Origin: the human T2T-CHM13v2.0 reference genome, Homo sapiens
Assembly: GCF_009914755.1 (NCBI RefSeq)
Contig: NC_060937.1
Strand: one strand, 5' to 3'
Length of the DNA stretch: 64,000 bases
Part shown: positions 40,918 to 56,792 of the stretch, one piece after another
Numbering within the stretch: the stretch's first letter is position 1
How the letters are laid out: the number at the start of each line of letters is the position of its first letter
Program-made: the position numbers and the translations under genes
The notes under the pieces: model-generated
Seen by the model: only the letters and a program-made list of their open reading frames with translations
What the model was told of the DNA's origin: nothing
Databases searched by the model: none

Positions 40918-41807
40918 AGGGAAAGGGCACCCTATTCAATAAATGTTGCTGGGAAAACTGGATAGCCATATGCAGAAGAATGAAACAGAACCACACTTCT
41001 CACCGTATACAAAAATTAACTCAAGATGGATTAAAGACTTAAATGTAAGGCCTGAAACTATAAAAATCCTAGAAGAAAACCTGGAAAAACTCTTCTGGAC
41101 ATTGGTCCAGGCAAAGAATTTATGACGAAGTCCTTAAAAGTAAACTCAACAAAACAAAAAATAGACAAATGAGACTTAAATGGATTAAACTAAAAAGCTT
41201 CTGCAAAGCAAAAATAAATAAATAAAAATAATAGAGTAAATGTATAATCTAAAAAATGGGAGAAAATATTTTCAAACTATTTGACACAGGGCTAATATCC
41301 AGAATCTACAAGGAACTCAACAAGAAAAAACAACCTTGTCAAAAAGTGGGCAAAGGACTTGAACAGACATTTTTCAAGAGAAGATATGTAAGTGGCTAAC
41401 AAACACATGAAAAACATGCTCAACATCACTGATCATCAGAGAATGCAAATTAAAACCACAATGAGATACCTTATACCAGTCAGAATGGCTATTATTAAAA
41501 AGTCAAAAAACCCAAAAAGATGTTGGATGTTGGTGAAGATGCAGATAGAAGGGAATGCTGACACGATGCTGTTGGTGGGAATGTAAATTAGTACAACCTC
41601 TATGGAAAACAGTGTGGAGATTTTTCAGAGAACTAAAAATAGAACTACCATTTGAGCCAGCAGTCATCTATCCAGTATCTACCTAAAGGGAAAGAATATC
41701 AAAAAGATACCTGCAGTCATGTTTATTGCAACACTATTTGTAAGAGCAAAGATACAGAATTAACGTAAGTGTCCATCAATGGATGATTGGATAAAGAAAT
41801 GTTGTGG
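40918..41807 (+). mobile_element. L1 (L1PB/MA-like) ORF2 3' fragment ending in a (TA)n expansion
   Basis: ORFs 40943 and 41392 are L1 ORF2-like ([19 protein letters not shown]; MQIKTTMRY). Confidence 0.92.
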
Positions 41808-41868
41808 ATATATATATATATATACATACATACATACATATATATATATATATGCCATGTATATATAT

Positions 41869-41926
<58 letters not shown>
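41808..41926 (+). repeat. Compound (TA)n/(TACA)n microsatellite
   Basis: Uninterrupted AT alternation 41872-41926. Confidence 0.97.
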
Positions 41927-41927
<1 letters not shown>

Positions 41928-43338
41928 CGTTAAGTCGTAGTAAGTGATTGTGTCTAAGGGCCACAAGTCTTTTTGAAGTTAGTTCATTCATAAAATCGTG
42001 GGAATTACAGAACCAGGAAGGACTTATCTCGATCAACATTTGAACTTCTGTATAGTCATTTCCCTTGCCTCCAGGTGCATTGTTCATTGTTCTCTTCCTT
42101 GTCTCCCACTCCTAAGTCAATAATTTGACAATCTCGTGTTTGATCCCTTTTTATACTCTATTGAAACTGTAAGAAGAAAGTTGGAATTATATGATTTGAA
42201 AGCTTTTTAAAAAACTTCTTGGAATAGCTTTTATGAATGACTTTGATAACATACCCATTTTTTGCTACCAATAACTTCGATTGTGATTTCAAAAGAATTT
42301 TAATTTCTGAAGACTTTAAAAAATTGACATAGGTTAGGAGGAGATAAATATAGTGTAAAAAAGTTATTAGCCTTCAACAGCTCTGGAGCACGTTATCCCA
42401 CAATTATAATCGAGGTAATACATGGGAACATCTAATATTAGTTCAGAGTGCTTCATCATGCATGTCATACAGTTGATGTGAGTGTTCACTGTTTTATTTG
42501 AACTTACCAGAAAGCCTCTGAGAGAGAGCCTCTCTAGGGACACTAGTAAAGCTCTAGGTTGATTTTCCTATCAATTTAAAAATTGTAGTGTGAATTGTTA
42601 ATTTGAGAAATGTGCACTTTTAAGAAATGTTCCTTTGTTAAGAGGTAAAAATCAGAATACCAGAGCTGGAAGGTACTAAGGACATAATCTCATTCAGGGC
42701 AGTCCTTTTGCATGTGAGAAAAGTGTCCCAGATGAGGTGAGGTGGCGTTTGCAATGTCAGCCAGTGAGCTAAGATGGAGATGTGGATGGAAGTGCCACAT
42801 CCGCTGTCCAGGTGTAGTTATTTTCACTGCATCTCATCGCCAGCTCAGCTGGCAATGGACTTGAATGAGGGCACTGTTTTATTTCTTTTTTTTCTTCCTC
42901 CCCCAGTGTTCACTCATTTCAGTGAAACTGTCTATATGAATGGTACTTTGTTTACATTTTGCTTTATTATTATAGTTCGGATTTAGGAATCTGTATAAAA
43001 TAAGGCTAGCCTTAAATTTTAAAGACAACTTACCTGCTTTAACCAGCAAACCAGAATATGTTCATGCTATTCCACATTTAAGAATATAAAGAAGAAAGTT
43101 TACCAATGGCAATTAAATTTTTCTTCCCAGCCACGGTATATTTTTCTTCATTCATGTTGCATACCTATTTTCAGAGTGTTGGTCTGTTTTCCTGTTTTAA
43201 ATCTGGTGCCTTAACTCTATTTACACATCACTACTTTTGTGGAAAATACTTTGGTATTATAATTCTCTGTAGGATTTGGAAGGTGGCCTTAAATTCATGT
43301 TCATTTAATGTTTCATCACATTCAGATAAATTATTTGA

Positions 43339-43666
<328 letters not shown>

Positions 43667-43865
43667 ACTTCTGATTTTCTTAACTGGGAAAAACAAATTA
43701 GAGATTAGGCAATACAAAAATAGCTCTAGCCTGGTTTCTCACTGATTACCCTTCTTCAGAGACTACGACAAGAATGCATGGTATTATGAGGACATTTTAA
43801 AACCAATGCAAGGTAACTTATTTTAACCTTCTAAATAGGATTCCTTTAAAGCTGTCTGTGGTTGA

Positions 43866-44253
<388 letters not shown>

Positions 44254-44837
44254 AATCGAGTGCCTTTTAACAATGCGCCCTTAAGCAGATGTAAGCACCG
44301 TAAGGCATATTGAGTTTTTTTGAAGTCAACACTTGAAAATCATTGGCAGTCGTTCCAGGCGTTTCACTTAACTTCGAGTTTCTTTGTGCTTTTTATTGTT
44401 TGTTTTTAATTCTAGTTGGGTAAGGCTAGAGGACTTATGTTTCAACTGAACTTTTTTTCAGGGTAGTAGCTAAACTCGTTGAAGCTGTAGTTTCAGTTCA
44501 GACGTAATTTTAACTTTGGTATATTGCTAGGGCAAGGGCTTTCAATCATTAGCATGCATCAGAATTACCTGCAGGGCTCATTAAAACATGTATTACTATA
44601 CCCCCAACTCTCCCAATATTTTAGGAAGGTCCTGGAGGCATCTCTGTGGAGGAGGAGAAGGGTATAAGGCAAGACTGGAGGCTGGCAGGAAGTGAATGTC
44701 ATCTGAGGAAGAAGAATGAATTCAAGAGATATTTAGGAGCTCGAATTGATGGGATTTGGTGATGAGAGTTTTCAGGAAAGGGAGTTGTTTGGCTTAGGCC
44801 TCAGCTTCTGATGCTGAAAGTTGGAGGCTCCTCACCC

Positions 44838-44930
44838 AAGTGCATGCATCATTAATCCTCAAGCCTGTACAACCAGGACAGAGCATGTGGAAAGGTGTGC
44901 AGGCTTGAGGATTAGGTGATGCATGCACTT
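44838..44930. repeat. Long inverted repeat (~36-bp arms, 19-nt spacer)
   Basis: Left arm aagtgcatgcatcattaatcctcaagcctgtacaacc; reverse complement of right arm aagtgcatgcatcacctaatcctcaagcctgcacacc. Confidence 0.95.
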
Positions 44931-45533
44931 AAGAACTTATCAAACTTTAAATTCTGGGCAGAGATAATGACAGTGGCATTCTAAAGGACACAGCTGAGAA
45001 GTTTCCTGGGAAGTATTAGCATAATTGGGTTGGAACTAAATATGGTGAACAGGAGATGGGGATGGGGGGAGAACTCATTCAATTCATTAGTTTTGGGAAG
45101 GTTTTGCTAGATATTCAAACATAAAATGGGAACGTTGAAATTGATTGCAATCAATGTAAACTAATCTGAAAGACATCTGATTGAATGTATATTGAACTTG
45201 AAAGTTAACTGAATGTCAGGATTATATTAACCTGAATTTGAAAGCTAGTTATATTATTCATTTGAAGCCTGTCACTTCTTTCTCAATGATTTATACAGGA
45301 TGATTGGTGATACTCTAATATTCTGAAATTCCAAGTGTTATATGGAAGGCTAAATAGGAAGTGCATGTGCGTGCATGTGCATGCATTTGTGTATATATAT
45401 CAAATCAAGGATAGCTATGTAAATGGAAAAATTGACATAACGCATCCCATTGACTTTCTGAAGACAAGTAGCTTTATACAAGTTATCAGAAACAAAATAT
45501 TTAGTTAAAAACAGACATTATGATTTATGTTTT

Positions 45534-46598
45534 TATTGGGGGAACCAGCCCCCAATATTTCAATGTAGGTTCTTTTCTATTTTCCCTAAGTGTCAGCCAG
45601 TCTAAGAAATAAAGGGAAAGAGTACAAAAGAGATAAATTTTAAAGCTGGATGTCCGGGGGAGACATCACATGTTGGCAGGTTCCGTGATGCCCCCTGAGC
45701 CGCAAAACCAGCAAGTTTTTGTTATGGATTTCAAAAGGGGAGGAGTATACAAATAGGGTATGGGTCACAGAGATCACATGCTTCAAGGGCAATAAAATAT
45801 CACAAGGCAAATGGGCAGGGCAAGGTCACAAGGCCAGGGTGAAATTAGAATTACTGATGAGGTTCCCTGTCCCACTATGCATGCATTGTCATTGATAAAC
45901 ATCTTAACAGGAAACAGGGTTCAAGAGCAGAGAACTGGTCTGACTAGAATTTCGCCAGGCTGGAATTTCCCAATCCTAACAAGCCTGGGGGTGCTGCAGG
46001 AGACCAGGGCGTATTTCATCCCAACTGCATAAGACAGACACTCCCAGAGTGGCTATTTTAGAGGCCTCCCCCTGGGAGTGCATTCTTTTCCCAGGGCTGT
46101 TCCTTGCTGAGAAAAAGAATTCAGCAATATTTCTCTTATTCGTTTTGGAAGAAGAGAAATATGACTCTGTTCCGCCCGGCCCTGCAGGCAGTCAGACTTT
46201 ATGGTTATCTCCCTTGTTCCCTGAACATCGCTGTTATCCTATTCCTTTTCTAGGTGCCCAGATTTTATGTTGTTCAAACACACATGCTCTACAATTTGTG
46301 CAGATAACACAATCATCACAGGATCAAGAGGCGACATACATCCTCAGCTTAAGAAGATGACGGGATTAAGAGATTAAAGACAGTCATAGGAAATTATAAG
46401 ATTATTGACTGGGGAAGTGATAAATGTCCATGAAATCTTCACAATTTATGTTCAGAGATTGCAGTAAAGACAGGTGTAAGAAATTATAAAAGTATTCATT
46501 TGGGGAACTAATAAATGTCTATGAATCTTCACAATTTATGTTCTTCTGCCGTGGCTTCAGCTGGTCCCTTCGTTTGGGTTCCCTGACTTCCTGCAACA
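45534..46598 (-). mobile_element. MER11 (HERV-K11/HML-8) solo LTR
   Basis: tattgggggaaccagcccccaatatttcaa ... ccctgacttcctgcaaca, ~1.07 kb, with the internal ~90-bp tandem duplication typical of MER11. Confidence 0.9.
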
Positions 46599-46818
46599 AT
46601 TTTTTGGACAATTACTATTGCTCAATTCCTCCAACTTTATTCATGAAATAGGTTGGATTTGCTTTTATTAGTCTTGGGAAGTTTGAAAATGTATTTGCAC
46701 AGAAGAAATTTCTCATTCCTTTTTCTAATGGCACCTGTACTTTAAAAAATACATTTATAATTATCTAATGGAAAAGATGATGTCTTGGGAGTATTTTTTT
46801 AACCTTACGCTATTTTCC

Positions 46819-47880
<1,062 letters not shown>

Positions 47881-48248
47881 AAACTAATTAGAATTAAAAA
47901 GTTTCATGTGAAAATTTGGTAACAAAATTCAGCTGTGAACTATGAGCTTCACTGTCATAAACTGTTGGCATTGATTAGCTGTAGATGAGGATTAAAAGGG
48001 AGAATTAGGAGTAGGTGTTTCATTTTCTTCAGCCAAATGATCCTCATATGCTGTGAATAGACTTTTAGGTCAGATCAACTGGGGCTTGAATTATAACAAT
48101 ATAATAAAGGTGACTTCTGGAAAATTGCTTAATCTCATTAAGCTTCAGTCTCACCTCTGTAAAATGTGAATAACACTGAATATAGAACTGCATTGGTGAT
48201 AAAATTAAGCTGCATATGAAATGTGTAGGGCAATGCTGTATAGTACTT

Positions 48249-48730
48249 GTGTTTATTTTCTGTTGCCGCTATAACAAATGACCACAAATGTAGTGACTTA
48301 AAACAACACAAACTTACTCTCCTACATGTCTCTAGATGTCATGTCTAAAATGAGTCTTAAGGGGCTAAAAACAAGGCATCAGCAGGGTTGGTTTCTTCTT
48401 GCAGCTCCAGGGGAGAATCCACTTCTTTCTGTCTCTTCTAGGGATAGCCAAGCATTCCTTGGCTCCTGGCTGCATCACTGCTCCAATCTCTGCCTCTGTG
48501 GTCACAATCCCTTCTCCTCTACAACAGTCGAGTCTCCCTCTTCCTCCCTCTCATAAGGACACTTGTGATTATGTTTAGGACCCACTGGGATAATCCAGGA
48601 TGTCTCCCCATCTGAAGATCTTTAATCACATTTGTAAAGTCCTTTTTGCCATGTAGGGTAACATTCACAGGTTCTAGGGATTAGGAAGTAGACCTTGGTG
48701 GGGAGTGGGGTCATTATTCAACCTCCCACT
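48249..48730 (-). mobile_element. MLT1 MaLR LTR nested in a MIR
   Basis: gctataacaaatgaccacaaa...ttaaaacaacacaaa...gtaacattcacaggttctagggattagg; MIR-like 48040-48248. Confidence 0.82.
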
Positions 48731-49052
48731 GAACTCAATAAATTTTCAGTATTTTAAAGTGTGGAGTAGGAACAAAGAATTCAAAATGGAATCTTTTTCT
48801 GTAGCTAAGAAAACCATTTGTGATGGCATAACATGGATTATTCACATACAGTATATTTTATGCACAGATGTATTTTACAGCATATACATAACCATTTTGG
48901 AATGCATAAAAATGGCATCTAAAATGTGTAATATTAGGTAATTGCTTAAATAAGGCCCAGCTGAGGGAGCAGGGTCATCTAAGTTGGTTACACTTGCTAG
49001 AAATATTTTGCAATATCATTGTAATGGATAAAATGAAGATCTGATATGTTCC

Positions 49053-49344
49053 TTTTTTTTGACACAGAGTCTCACTCTGTTGCCTAGGCTGAAGCATGCA
49101 GTGGTGCGATTTTGGCTCACTGCAAACTCCTGCCTCCTGGGTTCAATTGATCCTCCCACCTCAGCCTCCTGAGTAGCTAGGACTACAGGCCTCACCACCA
49201 TGCCCAGCTAATTTTTGTATTTTTGGAAGAGAAGGGGTTTCATCATGTTGGCCAGGCTGGTCTGGAACTCCTGACCTCAAGTGATTACCCCACCTCATCC
49301 TCTCAAAGTACTAGGAATACTGGCATGAGCCAACCTACCGGGCC
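49053..49344 (-). mobile_element. Alu (J/S-like)
   Basis: ttttgacacagagtctcactctgttgcctaggctg ... catgagccaacc. Confidence 0.9.
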
Positions 49345-49720
49345 AGATACATCATTTCCTGCCACTTTGTATCTGAAAGACAAGAGAGCTTGAATGAGTT
49401 TTTCTTCCAAGGTGGCAAGAATGTTGAGCTCTTGGCTCTACTAAATTGTAATTCTTCCTGCATTTAGTATATATGTTTACTGAGTATCTATTAATGGTTT
49501 AGGCACTGAGGTAGGTCTTGCCCTTTGGTCTGATGGTATGTTTTTCATTAACTTCTTAGGTGTGTATTCCTTGCTTGTCTGTTTGCTTTGCTTATATATT
49601 TAATACCTTTTCTAGGTTACAGTCTTTAAATGAGCCTTTCAGCTAATTTTAGACCCCTGGGAACCTCAAGTCTGCTTTATCTGATTAGTGGAGTTAGCTA
49701 AATTCTGAGATCCACCGAAA

Positions 49721-49952
49721 CAGTGGTTCTCAACCATGGGAAATTTTGTACCCCCCTTCCCTTGGCCCCATGACATTTGACAATATCTGGAGACATTTCT
49801 GATTTTCATGCCTGGGGCCAGGGAGTGGCAGTGGTATCTAGTGGGTAGAGGTCAGGCATGCCACTTAACATCCACAATGCATAGTACAGTTTCCCCCCGA
49901 AGCAGAGAATTATGAGGTTCAAAATGTTAATATTGCCGAGGTTGAGAAAACT
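49721..49952 (-). mobile_element. MER20
   Basis: cagtggttctcaacc...gacatttgacaatatctggagacattt...gccgaggttgagaaa. Confidence 0.85.
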
Positions 49953-52034
49953 TGGTCTAAAATTATATTATCTCGATTAACCTTTGGCATAAATCAAATT
50001 GTGAAAAATTTAGTGTGTTGTATCTTGGGATTGTGCCAGTAAACATGAGATAAAGAGGCTTTTGTGGAGCAGGCAATATTTAGGACTAGAGTGATTTATG
50101 ACATAAAACTTGAGGGTTTGGAATCTCATTTGGGGAGGGTACTAATTTTCCTCATGGTTGAAAATTAAAATTTTGAAACCTCCCACTTATAGGCAGGGTA
50201 GAATAATTTATTTTTAAGTAATATGTAGACTTCTGAATGTGTTGCATGCATACATAGTTTGGCATGCATTATTTTGACCAGGGTTCATATCACACAGCAC
50301 ATTTAATATATATTAAATCACAGCTAAGGAATAGGTGCAGTGATAACTTATAAACAACAATTTACATCAGCTTATGCTTTACAGAGAACTTCCATGTACA
50401 TCAGAAAGGAAACAAGTATTTATGTGCTAGGCATTTTAAATGTGTTTAATTTCCACAAAACCTAAAGATGGATATTATCTTTATTTTTTAAGATAATAAA
50501 ATGTAACTTCAGGAAATTGACAGATTTTTCTATTTAATCTTGTACATGCTTGCTTTGTAATCTTGTTTATTTTCAGTTGATAGATATTTGTTTTACAGAA
50601 ATCTTACTTATAAGGACCCAGCAGTGGTAAAATACAGGAAATGAATACTGTTGATCTCTCAGTATGAGAATTGATGGTATTTCATTTACTTATAAGTCTT
50701 TTAAAAAGTGCTTTGGCAATATTTCATTTGTGAAATTCTGTAGTGTGTTGTATATACAGGATAGTGGAAAATATCTAAATTTTGTCAGAAAAAATGGCAG
50801 TGGGGAACTTCTACCATTGTCTTTGGGTGACAGATTTAGGAAAGAAATTATTGGCAACAGGGTTTGAATCAATACTTTGAGAAAAAAATGAGTTATAGTT
50901 CAGGATATGATGAAGATAACTTTTTGGGATTAAGAAAGAAGTAATTTATTTTAAAAATATAGTAAGGTAGAAAATATTTGTGATTACCCTCATACTATTA
51001 ATAAAACAGGGTCTTGGGAAAGCCTATGAATCACATCAAACCTTAATAGTTTTGTAACCTTGGCAAAGTTTCTTAAGCTTTTGGAGTTGCAGTTTCCTAA
51101 TGTCAAAATCATTGCATTGTTGTGTGGATTAAAGGAGATAATGTACAATACTCAACATAATGATTGATATAAAGTGATTAATAAAGGCAATTATTACAAT
51201 TATTATATTACATAATTAAGTATAAAGGAGGACTTAAACAGATCACAACTAGAAAACACTTCATTAATACTAGTGTCCTTAAGATTTTTAAACTGTTCTG
51301 CCAAAAAAATAAATTTTTCAAAGTTTAAGTAAAATAGGTCTTTGTTATAGGACTTCTCATAATTTCAATTTGCTAGTATGTGTATTCAAGAGGACAGCAT
51401 AGAATTAGTACTTTTAAAAATGTTTTGACCTTCAGACCTATTAAAATGTTGCCAGTTTCTCCTGTTTCATGGTACAGTTTGCAAAACACTTGGATGAAAA
51501 CATATAATCAGGCAACTTTATTTTTATTCCAATATCATGATCCTAAAGACTAAAAGATTTATATTATCAAGTTTTATATTGGTTTTGAGCATGGGATCAA
51601 GTCTGGAAGGACACCTGAAATGTCTAGTTTAGTATTCTTTTAAGTTGTGTCTTCAGGAATATCAGTGGTTTGGAGAAAATTTTTGTTGATGTTAATACTC
51701 ATCTCTACTCTTTGTCCTCCTTTGAAGAGAAGTCACTAGTAATTTAGTAATTGTGTGTGTGGCGTGAATGTGTGTGAGATGTAGAGATGGGTAAGAAGAT
51801 GACCCACTAGTTCATCCTCACCCCTCATCTGCTCCACCTCTCGATAGTACTGTTGGCTCTGCCTAATCTCAACATCATTACATTGTCATATGGGTTAAAG
51901 GACACAATGTAGAATAGTCCACATAATGATTGATATAAAGTGTCTGTGTCTTGCTTGCCTGCACTGCAGTGGCCACTCCTGCCACACTGGGTGTCCCTTC
52001 TGTTGGTCTTGCTGGTTTCTCCTCTACTTCTTAA

Positions 52035-52406
<372 letters not shown>

Positions 52407-53963
52407 TCTCTCTACTTATTTTCTAGGTGATTCCATTCAGTCTTATGAGGTTCTATTTCATCTCTGTGCTGACAACTCCACTAATTACATCTCTAGTCTA
52501 AGTTTCTACCTTGATCATCTTATTCGAATGTCTAATTACCAATTTACCTACTCAACATTTTTACGTTAAGTGTTTGACACTTAACATGTCTAAAACCAAA
52601 GCCTACTATTTTCATTGCTGCAGTTACCTAGCATTATCACCTTTTAAACTGTTTGGAAGATCAGTTTAAAAATCTTAAGGACATAGTATCAGTGAAGTGT
52701 TTTCTGGTTGGGATCTGTTTAAGTCCTACTTTATACTTAATTATGTAATATAATAATTGCCTTTGTTAATCACAGGAGAAAAATCATGTGTGAGTTTATT
52801 TGCTTGACATCTACTCTCTCCCTCAACACATTTTATATAACCGAATGTCATAACTCCATTTAATAAACAGATCATACATAGTGGATACTAAATTCTGTAT
52901 TCAGTAGTCACCTTAATATGCACTCTGTTTGTGGTTTACCGTCTAATGGGGAGACACACGTCTCAGTTGTGAAGTTAGCTTTACGTGATAACAAGCATTT
53001 TACAAAAAGTAGAAAAGAAGCATTATAAGTCTCTGGTTGAGAGGGTTAGGGATTAAACCCACCTTTCGGCTCCTGCAGCAGCACTCCTCTGCTGTGTTAC
53101 TTAAGTGGGAATGTGTGCCGGTGTCTTTGAATGCGTGTGTGTGTGGTTTGTTTCTCTTTAAGTGAAACTATGCTATTCTTAGTAGTGTGTGGGAGAGCTG
53201 TGAAATTTAATAACAAATTATTTTTAACAAGAGGGTACTTATTCACTTATCAAGATTGGAATAAGCATTATGTTGCTAGGGCAAAGTGTTGAATTTCTAA
53301 GTTTTTTTCTCAATTAAGTAAGTACAGAAATCGTCAGGTTCATATATTTGGGTTCACTAATTGTCTCCAGGGATGATCTTATTTTCTCAAGTGTCACTTT
53401 AATAGTTTCCACAATGATTATGGCATGTTTGTAGCAATGGCAGATTAAAACCAATGAGTCACACGCCTCTAACGTCACTGGGAGGTTGTCAAATGGAATG
53501 CAGCTTCATTTTTAGGAATGAAGGTGGGAGGGAAGGAGGTAGATTCTGTTTCTTAGTTTTCTTTTTAATGCAGCTTACTTTTTTTGAGAGAAGGAAAGAA
53601 GTGAAGTATTCTAAGAATTCATCTTCAACTTGTTTTATTCACATATCTCTTGTTTGACATAGTGATGAGAGAATGGTGATTGCACTTTTCTCTATTTTAA
53701 ATAGTGCGATGGATGAGCTTCCATTCATAGAACAATAGAACTTCATTTAGTGGAACAAGAAGCCAGTACCTGATATATTCCTAAATTCCTATTTTGATTC
53801 CTAGGTTTTGAAGAGCAATAGCCCCTTCCCTTAGAGACAGTGGTATTAAAAATGATTTTCTCATTATTCTCTTAAAATTTCACTTAGTACATTTAGGGTT
53901 TCTTATGACACCTACACTTTTCTCCTGTTTGCAGATAGACTGGCTTGTTGCATATATAAAAAT

Positions 53964-54210
<247 letters not shown>

Positions 54211-56039
54211 TCAGAAGAACTTCTGCTTTGAATTTTCCCTACTGTCTCCCACTGCCACACATGCCTCCGCTCTTGCCCCAGACATATCTTACATATTTAA
54301 ACCAGATGCAGTCCATATACTTTTCCTTCCTGTGACTGCTCATGAAATCATGATTCACGGCCTCATTTCTTGATTTTTTTTTAAAGTTGTGAACAGGTGG
54401 CCAAGCTGCATAAGCAACAACTGGAGAGCAGAGATTACTTAGTGGCTTGGAGAGGGACCAAGTATCTTGTGAGCCCAGCTCTTCTAATATCAGTCCAGTT
54501 TCCCAAGAGGCAACTCCCAGGTCAGCTGGTGCCACCCAGGGCAGGGCAGGGCTGGAACTGACTTTTGAAGGGTGGGGTCTGTAGGAAGAATCCATGCATT
54601 GCTCTGGGAAGTGGCCTCAGGAAGTAGAGGGCTGGGGACAGAATCACTCATGAGTTGCAGTTGTTCTGGGCAACAAAGCAAGGCGGATACTTATTCTGGT
54701 AGCAGGGTGGAGTTTGAACTGGGCAGTTACCTCTGCTCAAGCCCCTTGAAGAATTTCAGATTCCCTGTTAACCATGGAGGCATGGGCTGGAAGCTGGGTG
54801 TGGGGGCAGGTGAGTTCAAACTTCTTACCTTTTCTATTAGGATATGGATAAATCTTCCCCCGGGGATTCTTTGGACAAAAGCATTCCCATTCTGTCAAAA
54901 ATTCCAGTGTGAGGTTTTTATCATACATGTTTCCCTGTATAATGATTCAGTCAGATAACTGTATTTGATCTTAAACAAGATTGGCTTGGACAGGATAGGG
55001 GCTGGGATTTGGGGAGAAGAGATGATTTTGGAGCATAAAGAATTCAACTCCTAGGAGGTTATGTTATTTAGGCAAAGCATGGGGAGATCAGGCCTTCCAG
55101 CGTTGCAAATGAGAATGCTGGTACCTTGAGAAAGAGAGGTACTAAGACATGTGAGAGGAACACAGAGAAGTGGGATTCTGTGGCAAATTCTATGAAGCTT
55201 TACTCCCACGTGGGGAAAAATTTCCTGTCTGTCTTGGCCCTGATCTGCGGAGCTGGTTCTGTGAGTGGCTTTGATAGCTCATATATGAACATTTAAATGC
55301 TTGGCTGTTCTTAGCTAGGCCTTTGATGGACTCTGGTATGCAACCATGTGGCCAGTGTGGCTCCAGCTCCCTGCTGTCTGGGCCCACACGCAGACTCCTT
55401 AGAGCATAGTATGCTCTAAACATACCCTGGGGAAGGCGGTGCTGGGTGCATGTGCATGGGCCCAGAGTTAGCTCCTTGGATAAACAGAAGGCATTTAGAA
55501 ATATTTTTGATGCAGCCCTAGCCCTAGAACATAATTGGCTGGTGCACTGCGGTAAAACTATAATCTCATCCATTAGCACCTTATTCCAAACCCGATCATA
55601 AATGAAGATAGATTTTGGCTGTGTAGGCACATTTTCCCTCAGATTTTGGAAAATTTAAGGGTATTTGGCCAAGGCAGGCCCTGGTAAACCAAGGATGTGT
55701 GGGGAGGGCTGGCTTGGGGCCAACATGGAAGTTTGGACAATGCTAATAATACCACGCCAGTGTGCTTTGCCCTTGGTTTGACCTTCTAGAAATTATTTCT
55801 TATCCTTCTTTAAAGCCTTCCATGGCAAAAGGGCAAGGAAAGTATAACATCGAAGAGTGCCTTGAATTATTCTTCACAGAAATGTCTCTTCTGAGGAAGA
55901 AAACTGTGTTGGGGGTGGAGGGGGCGGAGTTGACTGTCCTCCAGCCACTGCCCTGTCCCCTAGTAGTTTGGCTGAGATGGATAATTAAGGAATAGCCTTG
56001 AATTGTCTCACTTACTTGTCCTGCTTTGATTAAGCATTT

Positions 56040-56205
56040 TTTAAATCTCTCACTAAAGCCCAGTGAGGCTGGTACTGTTGTTCCCATTTTACAGGTGAGG
56101 CTTTGGAGACAGTGAAGTGATGCAATCAAGTTCTCACAGCTAGTGAAAGTGGAGCCAGAATTTACACACTGGAGGTCTGAACCCCAAAGTCCCGCACTCA
56201 ACCAA
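56040..56205 (-). mobile_element. MIR
   Basis: cccattttacaggtgagg...caagttctcacagctagtga...ggagccagaattt. Confidence 0.75.
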
Positions 56206-56703
56206 GCTTCCTCCTCAGGGAACGACCCGGCCTGGGATCCCTGAAGACCCACAGCATCTATGTAGACTTTTTTACCCACTGGTCCTTTGGTTAGAAATGA
56301 TATTTCTTGATTGACTTGGTACTAGTATTTTAAAACCTTTGAGTAAAGAAAAGAGGATCAGACCTAGAGCTTCCTGGTTCTAAGTTAACATAGTAGCAGT
56401 TAGGATAAGATGATTAGAGCTGCATGAGTCCACTTGAGAGCTTGGGGCTCCCTTGTTCTTACTCTCTGGCAGAAAGCTCAGATGTCCATGATGGGCATAT
56501 AGTTTCTGGCCCTTTGCCAGAAAGCAAAGGAATTATCAGAGCTATTCCATTAATAGAGTGGAAGATTGTGTCTATGCTGTATTTGCTATTTCTTGAATAT
56601 TAAACATGTAAAAGTTAATGTATGATCCAAGTATAGAGTAAGGGCTATCAACATACCCAAGATAGGTATTTTTTTTGCAACTATTAATATTTCATATCTA
56701 CCC

Positions 56704-56792
56704 CTTTTTTTTTTTTTGGATGGAGTCTCGCTCTGTCGCCCAGGCTGGAGTGCAGTGGCATGATCTCGGCTCACTGCAAACTCTGCCTCCTG
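56704..56792 (-). mobile_element. ~90-bp 5'-truncated Alu with TSD
   Basis: TSD catatctaccc at 56693-56703 and 56793-56803. Confidence 0.92.

Noticed and set aside
46372-46542. ~90-bp tandem duplication
   Set aside because: Intrinsic to the MER11 LTR structure, not a locus-specific event.
54239-56279. Cluster of 118-159 aa ORFs in a GC-richer patch
   Set aside because: Higher GC lowers stop-codon frequency; one runs through a MIR; no protein-like motifs.
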